This document shows positions 51,557-59,698 of a stretch of DNA of 64,000 bases, one piece after another. The first letter of the stretch is position 1; each line of letters begins with the position of its first letter. The translations under genes were made by a program, and so were the position numbers. Where the stretch lies: assembly GCA_964438995.1 (NCBI GenBank), contig CAYTMQ010000004.1:223688-287687 (forward strand). Reading direction: 5' to 3'. This stretch comes from an uncultured Chitinophaga sp. Lineage in GTDB: Bacteria > Bacteroidota > Bacteroidia > NS11-12g > UBA955. Below the pieces are notes generated by a model that saw nothing but the letters and a program-made list of their open reading frames with translations, made no database searches and had not been told where the DNA came from.

Positions 51557-53182
51557 CTAATTTTTAATAACAATCTTTTCTGTTAGAATGGTATCACCCA
51601 TTTTAATTTGAATGACATATAAACCACTGTTGTTTAATTCTATCTGAGAATTATTGCTATTAGGATTTATCTCAAAGCATATCTGGCCCAAGTAATTAAA
51701 CACAATAATCTTTTGCATTTCATTGCTCGAACGTATATTTACAATACTGCTGGAAGGATTTGGATAAAGATTAACAAAACACTTTGAATGATTGGCATTT
51801 TCGATTGAACTTGGTTTTGAAAAATAAAATCTATACAATTCAAACTCATCTAAAGATGTGCAATTTGAATTAAAATACAATGCCCCATTATAGGGGAAAA
51901 ATTCTGTACCTTCATAGGCATTATCTTTCCAATCATCGTAAGCTTCTTGATAATGGAAATCGCCTACAGTTCCATTTGTGTAATGCATTAAAGGCGTATA
52001 AACAGAATAAATACCAGCTACATAAACAATGTGATTGTCGAATGCCTTTAAATTTTTTGGTTTGCCCTTCAACGAATCATGTGCAGTTATTCTCACAGTT
52101 CCTGCAGTAGTGCCATCAGTTTTCCAAATTTGATAGCCATATCCTTCTGATGCAGCAGTCATATATAGTTCATCGTTCATAATACAAAAATTACTTGGAT
52201 CGAATGATATATCGACACTAGAGAGTTTAAACACTTTTGAATATATAACATGTGTACCTGTGTCAGTGCCATCGGTAACAAACAACTGACCGAAATTACC
52301 TTTGAATGCTGTATCATGTGCGTTAAAAAATAATTTATTCTTATATGCGATAAAGTAATTGAATGCATTTTTAAATTTATTACTAAAGATATAAGTGCCA
52401 CTTGCAGTACCATTTGTTCTCCACAGTTTATAATTGCCTAAACTATCATCTGAACCAAAATACAAGATATCATTAGCAATAATAAAATTCGATAATGTTC
52501 TAAACGTTTTTGCTAAAGAAAGCTTTCTTAATAATTTTGTTCCATTACTTGTTCCATCGGTCTCCCACAATTGTACTCCATTAGTATTATCGATTCCATC
52601 AAATAGCAACTTATTTTTATAATTAATTAATCTGAAACCAGGCCAGTTAACAAATGTCGCTTTTTGCGATTCTAAAGTTTTTATTAATTGAGTGCCATTT
52701 ACGGTTCCATCAGTTTGCCAAAACTCAGCAAAATTATTCGGGTTTAATACAAAGAAATAGACTTTCGAATTCAATTCAGCCATTTTATAAACTGGGTTGC
52801 CTTTCATAATTGTAAAAGTTCCAGCTTCTGTACCATCGCTGCGCCATAAACTTTTTTGATACGAATCGTAAAAATACATGATGTTGTTTACAACTTGAAT
52901 ATCATACACAGAACTGTAACGAGAACCAGATACTCCAGGATTGATTTCTTTAACTCTTGAGCTACCAGACCAAGTTCCATCGCTTTTCCATAAATATTGC
53001 TTGGTATCTAATTCATAGTTTCCTATAAAATACATCATACCATTATATTCAATAAAATGCTCTGGATTTAACCCTAGTCCACTTGGATTTGAATATCTAT
53101 AAGGACAAACAGTGTCTATTGTCTGAGCGTCCATTGTTAAAGTCGTAAATATGTAGACTAAGATAATAATATATTTATTCAT
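51557..53182 (-). CDS. ELWxxDG-repeat protein with a T9SS C-terminal sorting domain
   Basis: LWKSDGT, LWRSDGTEAGT, FWQTDGTVNGT, LWETDGTSNGT, LWRTNGTASGT, IWKTDGTTAGT; C-terminal NLYPNPSSSIVNI...GLYVIQIKM. Confidence 0.8.
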   Translation of the reverse strand: MNKYIIILVYIFTTLTMDAQTIDTVCPYRYSNPSGLGLNPEHFIEYNGMMYFIGNYELDTKQYLWKSDGTWSGSSRVKEINPGVSGSRYSSVYDIQVVNNIMYFYDSYQKSLWRSDGTEAGTFTIMKGNPVYKMAELNSKVYFFVLNPNNFAEFWQTDGTVNGTQLIKTLESQKATFVNWPGFRLINYKNKLLFDGIDNTNGVQLWETDGTSNGTKLLRKLSLAKTFRTLSNFIIANDILYFGSDDSLGNYKLWRTNGTASGTYIFSNKFKNAFNYFIAYKNKLFFNAHDTAFKGNFGQLFVTDGTDTGTHVIYSKVFKLSSVDISFDPSNFCIMNDELYMTAASEGYGYQIWKTDGTTAGTVRITAHDSLKGKPKNLKAFDNHIVYVAGIYSVYTPLMHYTNGTVGDFHYQEAYDDWKDNAYEGTEFFPYNGALYFNSNCTSLDEFELYRFYFSKPSSIENANHSKCFVNLYPNPSSSIVNIRSSNEMQKIIVFNYLGQICFEINPNSNNSQIELNNSGLYVIQIKMGDTILTEKIVIKN

Positions 53183-53214
53183 CTTGCAATAATGTGATTA
53201 AAACATCTAAACAG

Positions 53215-53260
53215 AAATACCCAATTTGATGTATGCCTCCGTACATCAAATTGGGTATTT
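53215..53260. promoter_or_regulatory. perfect 19-bp/8-nt-loop/19-bp palindrome in a divergent promoter region
   Basis: aaatacccaatttgatgta-tgcctccg-tacatcaaattgggtattt. Confidence 0.6.
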
Positions 53261-53292
53261 TTTATAAGTACATTCTTCTATCTATTTGTGAC

Positions 53293-54639
53293 ATGATGAA
53301 ACACTACTTAATTAAATTACTTTTTATTACCGTCATTGCTTTTGAAATCCCAATTTCAAAAGCCGACTGTCGAAAAGACACCATCTATACATCTTATTAT
53401 TTAAATGGCACACAAACAAAAACTCTTTCTGGAAAAACCATTATAAAATTTGACAATGCCAATCTAGAAATAGAAAAACTTGTTCAGTCATGGAAACCAC
53501 ATAAAAAGGCTTATATCAACCACAATATCACCAAAAACACGTATGACCAAAATGGCAATTTCACAGAAGAATTGTATCAACTTTGGGATACAACTTCTTC
53601 CATTTGGAAAAATAACACTAAAAAAACGTATATATACGATAATAATCACAATAAAATAGAAGAACTTAGTTATAGTTGGAATGCAAACACCAATACCTGG
53701 GAAAGTATTTATCAGTATTTATACCAATACGATGGTAAAAATAATAAGATAGATTTTGTATCAAAATCTTGGGATAAAAACAACTCAAAATGGAATAACA
53801 CATCCCATCAAACTTATAATCATGATAGTGATAACAATGTTATAGGCAATACGTTTCAGAGTTGGAATACTTCAAACAACAATTGGGTGAATTCTTACAG
53901 ATATCAATGGACTTACACCAATAAAAAACTGAGTGAAGAAAAAAGGGATAATTGGAATAGTTCCTCTTCTTTATGGGTCAAATCTTCTATGACGAGTTTT
54001 CTGTACAATTCAAACAATAAAATTATCGAAGAATTAACTCAGACTTGGAATAGTGCAGGAAATTTATACGTTAATTCATTTAGAGTAAGTTATCAATACG
54101 ATTCTAGAAATAACGAGACTGTTAAATTATCTGAAACTTGGTTAACTACTTCTCAAGTTTGGAACAGATATTCTAAGGTGATTTCGTCGTATGATGCAGC
54201 AGATCAAATGATAGAAAAACTATTGCAAAATGTAGACATTAGAACCAATACTTTTATCAATAGCTCAAAATACACTTACGAATACGACAACAACAACAAT
54301 ATGGTGGCTTCAGAATTACAATATGACTGGGATGCAGCTGTTTCTAAATTTCTCACAATTGCCCGATCTGAATACATCTGTTCAAATGCTTTGTCATTGC
54401 AAAATAAATCCAAAAGTCTTTCTTTCGAGATGTACCCAAATCCGTGTACTTCCAATTTCATCAATGTTAATTTAAAACAAGCTGGTCAATATCAACTACG
54501 CGATATTACTGGCCAATTAATTCAAACTGGAGAATTGCAAATTGGGTCAAACAATATCAAGTTTAATCAACTAAATGATGGCATTTACTTTATTCAAATA
54601 GGCACTTCAATTCAAAAATTAATTATAAATCAATTCTAA
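53293..54639 (+). CDS. W-rich YD-like repeat protein with a T9SS C-terminal sorting domain (paralog A)
   Basis: Signal MMKHYLIKLLFITVIAFEIPISKA; about 23-aa repeats Y.YD.N.N.......SW......W.N; C-terminal FEMYPNPCTSNFINV...GIYFIQI. The ATG at 53233 lies inside the palindrome and is rejected. Confidence 0.6.
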   Translation: MMKHYLIKLLFITVIAFEIPISKADCRKDTIYTSYYLNGTQTKTLSGKTIIKFDNANLEIEKLVQSWKPHKKAYINHNITKNTYDQNGNFTEELYQLWDTTSSIWKNNTKKTYIYDNNHNKIEELSYSWNANTNTWESIYQYLYQYDGKNNKIDFVSKSWDKNNSKWNNTSHQTYNHDSDNNVIGNTFQSWNTSNNNWVNSYRYQWTYTNKKLSEEKRDNWNSSSSLWVKSSMTSFLYNSNNKIIEELTQTWNSAGNLYVNSFRVSYQYDSRNNETVKLSETWLTTSQVWNRYSKVISSYDAADQMIEKLLQNVDIRTNTFINSSKYTYEYDNNNNMVASELQYDWDAAVSKFLTIARSEYICSNALSLQNKSKSLSFEMYPNPCTSNFINVNLKQAGQYQLRDITGQLIQTGELQIGSNNIKFNQLNDGIYFIQIGTSIQKLIINQF

Positions 54640-54640
54640 T

Positions 54641-55909
54641 ATGCTAAGCCGTATCAACAGCTATTTCCATCCATCAAAACAAGTGAAATATTTTTTTTGG
54701 TTCCTATCATTAGGGCTATTAACACAGTTGACATTACAAGCAGAATGCAGAAATGATACCATCTATTCTAGCACTATAGAATTTGGAACTGTTTATCCTG
54801 ATGGAAGAATTATTAACCAATACAATGGTCAGAATAAGTTAATAGAATCTATAGAGCAAAAATGGGAATCAACTACTAAAATTTACAAGAACGACTTAAG
54901 GTCAACTTATAGTTATAATCCCAATGGGAAGCTTATCGAAACTCTTATTGAGGTATGGACAGTTAATGCATGGAAAAATTATGCAAAAGAGTTCTACACT
55001 CTTGATGCCAACGGAAATGTAACTGAATTTCTCTCTCAAAATTGGTTAAACAAATGGGAAGATAGAACCAAAATTCAGACGACTTTTAACTCGTTTAATC
55101 AACAAACCAGTTCTACAATTTCAAGTTGGAATTATTTTGGCAATAGCACATGGGACAAACGGTCTAAAGATTCTATGCTGTATAATACAAATCAAAAACT
55201 ATCTGAACACTTTACGTATTTATTCGATGAATCTATAAATAAATGGGAACCGATATCATTGTACAAATTCAAATACTCGTCAAATAATTTAGTTGTATCA
55301 CTACTAGAGTTAGATTGGTATTTGAATCAATGGGATAGCATGTCTTTGGTAACTTATACTTATAATGCTAATCAACTAGCGACTCTTGAACTTAATGAGA
55401 GATGGGATGAAACTTATGGAAAATACATTGCTAGTCGTTCTACCTACCAATATACATCTAGCAACAAATTATCTCAAAAATTAATAGAAGAATGGGATCC
55501 TAACAATAAAATTTGGTTGAATTATTACAAAGAATCTTATGTTTACGATGGCAATGAGAATCTAATTTCTAAATCCAAGTACCTTGATTGGGATGACGTT
55601 CAAAAACAATTTAACCTTGAAACAAAGGAAATATTTATATGTACTCAATTGTTATCAATCAATTCCCCAAACAATCATGTTACTAAACTATTTCCCAATC
55701 CTGTTAATTCAACCATTCATATCGAATCAAAATTTCAGATAAACAAAATTGAAATATACCATATCAATGGCTCTCTTTTACTTGCTCGTGAAGGTTTTAC
55801 AAACTTAAATGAACCTTTGGATCTTGGGACGTTAAACAATGGAATTTACTTTATAAAATGTTACTTTAACAACGGAATTGAAATTCAACCATTCAATATT
55901 CAACATTAA
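54641..55909 (+). CDS. W-rich YD-like repeat protein with a T9SS C-terminal sorting domain (paralog B)
   Basis: AECRNDTIY... parallels ADCRKDTIY... of paralog A; same repeat; C-terminal LFPNPVNSTIHIES...GIYFIKC. Confidence 0.6.
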   Translation: MLSRINSYFHPSKQVKYFFWFLSLGLLTQLTLQAECRNDTIYSSTIEFGTVYPDGRIINQYNGQNKLIESIEQKWESTTKIYKNDLRSTYSYNPNGKLIETLIEVWTVNAWKNYAKEFYTLDANGNVTEFLSQNWLNKWEDRTKIQTTFNSFNQQTSSTISSWNYFGNSTWDKRSKDSMLYNTNQKLSEHFTYLFDESINKWEPISLYKFKYSSNNLVVSLLELDWYLNQWDSMSLVTYTYNANQLATLELNERWDETYGKYIASRSTYQYTSSNKLSQKLIEEWDPNNKIWLNYYKESYVYDGNENLISKSKYLDWDDVQKQFNLETKEIFICTQLLSINSPNNHVTKLFPNPVNSTIHIESKFQINKIEIYHINGSLLLAREGFTNLNEPLDLGTLNNGIYFIKCYFNNGIEIQPFNIQH

Positions 55910-55957
55910 TTACAAAAAATTCTATTTAAAAATACAAATCCGAAAACATTTATAACA

Positions 55958-56108
55958 GAATGTTCGGTAGCCTCCACCAAAGGCGGACTAGCTTCGGCAG
56001 CGTCGAGGGTAAGAAATCAAAATTACCCTGCAGCCACGCTGCGATATATCTGCGGAATGTATTCCCTCGAGGCTGTCTTCGTCTGCCTGCCAAAGGCGTG
56101 AGGTTTCC
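55958..56108. mobile_element. compact complete copy of the family-1 MITE-like element
   Basis: gaatgttcggtagcc...gcttcggcagcgtcgaggg ... ccctcgaggctgtcttcg: internal inverted termini. Confidence 0.6.
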
Positions 56109-56193
56109 AAAAAGACAATATTGCAGAGACAATTAATAAAATTATCCCATCAATTGGATGAAAAATAGAACTAAGATGCAACTTTAGGTGAAA

Positions 56194-56574
56194 TCAGACT
56201 AGGAGATTTAAATTAGATAGTTCTTCTCCAATACGATGAATGCCCTCTAAAATTTTTTCTGTTTGTTTGGGAGATGGTTTCTTTAATCCAGAAACATATT
56301 GTGACAAAAGACTTGGATTAACCCCAATTTTTTCACCTAAAAATTTAGCATTTAAAACCTTATAATGCTTAAAGAATTGCTTAAAATCCATTTCAAATTT
56401 AATTTGTTTGACAAGATTTTTTTCTTCTTCAAAAAACAAATCAACCGCTTCGTAAGCATTATTAATTAAGACAGGTACATTTTTAGCTGTTGTAAAAATA
56501 GCATATTCCTCAGAATAGGCTGAGAAACCTGTCTTTGTTCTTTCTACTGTTAAAACTATTTTCTTTTTACCCAT
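56194..56574 (-). CDS. hicB: HicB-family antitoxin with a C-terminal XRE-type HTH
   Basis: HicB-like N-terminus; GVNPSLLSQYVSGLKKPSPKQTEKI HTH; directly downstream of hicA. Confidence 0.75.
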   Translation of the reverse strand: MGKKKIVLTVERTKTGFSAYSEEYAIFTTAKNVPVLINNAYEAVDLFFEEEKNLVKQIKFEMDFKQFFKHYKVLNAKFLGEKIGVNPSLLSQYVSGLKKPSPKQTEKILEGIHRIGEELSNLNLLV

Positions 56575-56579
56575 TACTT

Positions 56580-56771
56580 TTATTGTTTAATGCCTGCATC
56601 TTTTAGAATTTTCTTCGCTAAACCTGTCCCCAACTCTTGTGAGCCGTGGTTAGGGAAAACAATTGTCCCCTTTTTATTTAAATGTTTAAGTTTAATGTGA
56701 GAACCTTTCTGAGCAACGGCAAACCATCCATCTCGAATCAAAATTCTATACATTTCCGAACACTTCATCAA
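56580..56771 (-). CDS. hicA: HicA-family toxin (mRNA interferase)
   Basis: 63 aa; ...DGWFAVAQKGSHIKLKH... is the HicA/YcfA GSHxxxxH signature. Confidence 0.8.
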   Translation of the reverse strand: MMKCSEMYRILIRDGWFAVAQKGSHIKLKHLNKKGTIVFPNHGSQELGTGLAKKILKDAGIKQ

Positions 56772-56936
56772 AAAACCAACATTTACAAAGGTAAATTATT
56801 ATTTACTTTTATGCAAGTCATTTATGTTAGAAAATAATAGGATTTTTATCAATAAAATTGTTAAGGTATGTTCTTGTTTTTATTCAATAAGAAGTTTTTA
56901 AAACTTTTATTAGTGTAATTTAAATTCCATTTTTCG

Positions 56937-56966
56937 TTTTACTTAAGATTGCTTGGATCTATCGTA
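56937..56966 (-). pseudogene. 3'-terminal remnant of a paralog of the 42728..43141 gene
   Basis: The reverse complement encodes ...LYDRSKQS*, against ...FYDRYKQSKV*. The DNA agattgcttggatctatcgtaaag matches agattgcttgtatctatcgtaaaa at 42718. Confidence 0.45.
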
Positions 56967-57016
56967 AAGTCGAAGAGTAATAAACAATCGAGAATTAAAC
57001 AATTAAAATTCTTTTC

Positions 57017-57040
57017 TCCCGCTCATGCCGCAGGGGTGAC
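57017..57040 (+). repeat. family-2 repeat 5' fragment
   Basis: tcccgctcatgccgcaggggtgac. Confidence 0.6.
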
Positions 57041-57105
57041 AATTACTTTTTTTATGGCAACTTAGCGAAGCGTTCTCATGAGTGCAATGAATTAAATAAA
57101 TTATT

Positions 57106-57281
57106 TTTCCCTGCTCATGCCGCAGGGGTGGCACCAACTTTTTGTTTGGTCAAAAAGTAGGCAAAAAACCCACCACGGGTCAAAATTTCAATAATGTCTT
57201 CCCGCTGCAAGTCTGTCCTGCTCGAGGCTGCCATTATTGAAATTCTACGCACCCGTGGACTCAACGCGCACATTTCGTTTC
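57106..57281 (+). repeat. family-2 GC-rich palindromic repeat, copy 2
   Basis: Near-identical to 42270-42470. Confidence 0.85.
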
Positions 57282-57372
57282 ATTTAACATTTCTTTCATA
57301 TAAATATTTTATTAAAAATTTGATATGGCACTGGAAATGGCAATTACTTTTTTTATGGCGTCAAAATGTCCT

Positions 57373-57455
57373 AGCAGCACGGCTGCGATACACGCGAGAT
57401 CATCTATCCCTCGACGCTGTCGAAGCATGTCCGCCTTTGGAGGAAGCTACCGAAA
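57373..57455 (-). repeat. family-1 solo terminal unit
   Basis: agcagcacggctgcgatacacgcgagatcatctatccctcgacgctgtcgaagcatgtccgcctttggagg...ctaccgaa. Confidence 0.7.
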
Positions 57456-57636
57456 TGGTTTCATTTAGATTGCGGATACCGAAAAGTAACATACCCACCT
57501 CAGATAGTAGCTTTTGAATGAATAGATTTAATAGGTTTGCCCCAGCCTGAATGAACTCATTAAAACAGCGCCAACCAAAATGGAATATCTCATTCGTACA
57601 TAATTTTAATAGAGAAATAAACCGAAATCTTATTTT

Positions 57637-57812
57637 CCGGAATGTTCGGTAGCCCGAAGACAGCGTCGAGGGTCACGGATAAAAATGATTCAGCAGCCGT
57701 GCTGCTCAATTAATTTATTGACGTTTATTTAAATGATTAATGAAAACATTTCATTCTTTTTTTTTAACCACAGAGTTCACAAAGGTTTTCACGGAGAGCA
57801 CGAGGAATTTTT
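57637..57812 (+). repeat. family-1 element with a left TIR and shared internal region; right end abuts the gene ending at 57833
   Basis: ccggaatgttcggtagcccgaagacagcgtcgaggg...cagcagccgtgctgct...tttcattctttttttttaaccacagagttcacaaaggttttcacggagagcac, shared with 63487-63590. Confidence 0.75.
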
Positions 57813-57832
57813 TGAATTGCTGAGGGAACTTA

Positions 57833-59695
57833 TCACTCATACTCATAAGTAAAAACCATTGGTGAAGAACTTCTTCCTATTATCCAAGTTATCTCTGATA
57901 GTTGAGATGATGAATTGTATTTAGCAATATACGAATTGCCTTCTTGGTCGTCTCTCCCATTATAAATGGTTTGTATGCATCTTGATTGTTCATCATATAC
58001 ATACAAATTCAAATTCCCATCATTTTCAAATGAAAGTAGTTGGTTCTTTTCATTATATGAATAGTATGATGCATTTCTAAATTTCCTATCTGATTCACTA
58101 TCTTTTTCATTAACAACCTCGCTACTATACAACAAATTTGATTTTTTATCGTACTTATACGTATATGCATTGTAATACCCATCTGAGATGTACTCCATTT
58201 TACAAATTGCATTTTTGCTGAAGTACTGTAATTGAAGCCTTTGATTTCTCTCTTGAATATCTCCATCTACATGAATGCACATAGTGTCTTTATAGAAATA
58301 TTCCTGAATGCGAACTTCTTCATTGATTTCGTATTGCTCTATTTTTATAAGATTGCCATTGGCATCATATTGTATATCAGATTTACTAACCAATTTGCCA
58401 TTTTGCTGACCAACAATTTGTTTCACCAATTTTAACTGGTTCAACTCAATGTACACCAGCGAAAACTCAAGCTTCTCACTCTCTCTATCATTATGCTGTA
58501 TCATTTTGACCAGATTTCCATCGTTGTTATACACCAACTCGGTTCGCAATACTTTTTCCTTTTTAAAACTTTGCTTGTCAGAAAATATTTTTATAGTTTT
58601 TTGACCACCATCTGTATGCAATTGAAACTGATTGATTCCGTTAAACACATCTCTAGTGTTATACACCATGGCCACTCCATTATAATTGATGCTTGATATT
58701 TGATTACAATTCTTAATAGACGGAACAAATAGATTTGGGTTCTTTATAAACGCCATAGGACCTGTAGGAGAAATGAATTTCGAAACAAATTGGTATTGGA
58801 TTTTCAAGCCCAACTCTTCTCCTCCAAAATCAACAGTTGAAGGATGGTTCTCTGGAATGCAATACTTAAATATTGGAAATGCAAATATCCAATATCCAGT
58901 GCGCAAGGCTGAATACTCCTTTAATTGGTCCTTTTTAGGTTGCTCTTGCTTATTGATTTTGTTATAGAAAGCATTTTCATCTTCCTCGTCACCATAGTCG
59001 TTATCATAGTCGTTATCATAGTTATTTAAATAGTAGTCATCATTGTAATTTGATTTCCTATCTTTTGTCGTTTCTATAATTTTATACGTTTCTATAACTT
59101 TGTCTGACATCAACTTATTCAGTTCTGTGATGGCAGTCGGCATAAAAAAATCTTCAATCTTATATTCTTTTAAATTTCTGATATCAAAGTAAAAAACTTG
59201 TCTAAATTCAATATCATCAATCTCCAATTCGTTGTATTTCGACTTAAATTGCACAACCCTTTCTAGAGTTATAATGTTGTTACATACAGCTAATATATTT
59301 AAGTCAACACCTTCAATGAGTGGTGAAAACAATTTGATATTATCAGAATATTCTCCTCTGAAATCCAATTTTCTACGATTGATCTTAATATAATTTACAA
59401 CATACTCATCGTGAAACTTCTTCAAATTCTCTAACAGTCCTGCGCTATCTATCTTAATAAAACCAAGCTTGAAAAACTTATCGTTTAACTTTTTTTGCAT
59501 GATGGTATCACTCATGTCAGTAAAGTAATCCACTTTATATTCAATTTCTTCATACAAATTCAAGCTAGAGACTTTTACTTCTTTGTAGGTATTGGTGAAA
59601 AAGTACTTTTTACCAGTATAAACATCGAATTGCAGATTGTCTGCTTTCGAAGCTAAACTGATTAGTAAAATACCATATAATAAAATATTTCTCAT
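57833..59695 (-). CDS. secreted 620-aa protein with an unknown N-terminal domain and C-terminal YD-like repeats
   Basis: Signal MRNILLYGILLISLASKA; repeats VYNNDGNLVKM, IQYDANGNLIKIEQY, YKYDKKSNLLY, YVYDEQSRCIQ. Confidence 0.5.
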   Translation of the reverse strand: MRNILLYGILLISLASKADNLQFDVYTGKKYFFTNTYKEVKVSSLNLYEEIEYKVDYFTDMSDTIMQKKLNDKFFKLGFIKIDSAGLLENLKKFHDEYVVNYIKINRRKLDFRGEYSDNIKLFSPLIEGVDLNILAVCNNIITLERVVQFKSKYNELEIDDIEFRQVFYFDIRNLKEYKIEDFFMPTAITELNKLMSDKVIETYKIIETTKDRKSNYNDDYYLNNYDNDYDNDYGDEEDENAFYNKINKQEQPKKDQLKEYSALRTGYWIFAFPIFKYCIPENHPSTVDFGGEELGLKIQYQFVSKFISPTGPMAFIKNPNLFVPSIKNCNQISSINYNGVAMVYNTRDVFNGINQFQLHTDGGQKTIKIFSDKQSFKKEKVLRTELVYNNDGNLVKMIQHNDRESEKLEFSLVYIELNQLKLVKQIVGQQNGKLVSKSDIQYDANGNLIKIEQYEINEEVRIQEYFYKDTMCIHVDGDIQERNQRLQLQYFSKNAICKMEYISDGYYNAYTYKYDKKSNLLYSSEVVNEKDSESDRKFRNASYYSYNEKNQLLSFENDGNLNLYVYDEQSRCIQTIYNGRDDQEGNSYIAKYNSSSQLSEITWIIGRSSSPMVFTYEYE

Positions 59696-59698
59696 GAT

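Noticed and set aside
53233-53292. ATG at 53233 as the start of the W-rich cargo gene
   Set aside because: It lies inside the 46-bp perfect palindrome. The downstream ATG at 53293 begins a proper signal peptide (MMKHYLIKLLFITVIAF...).
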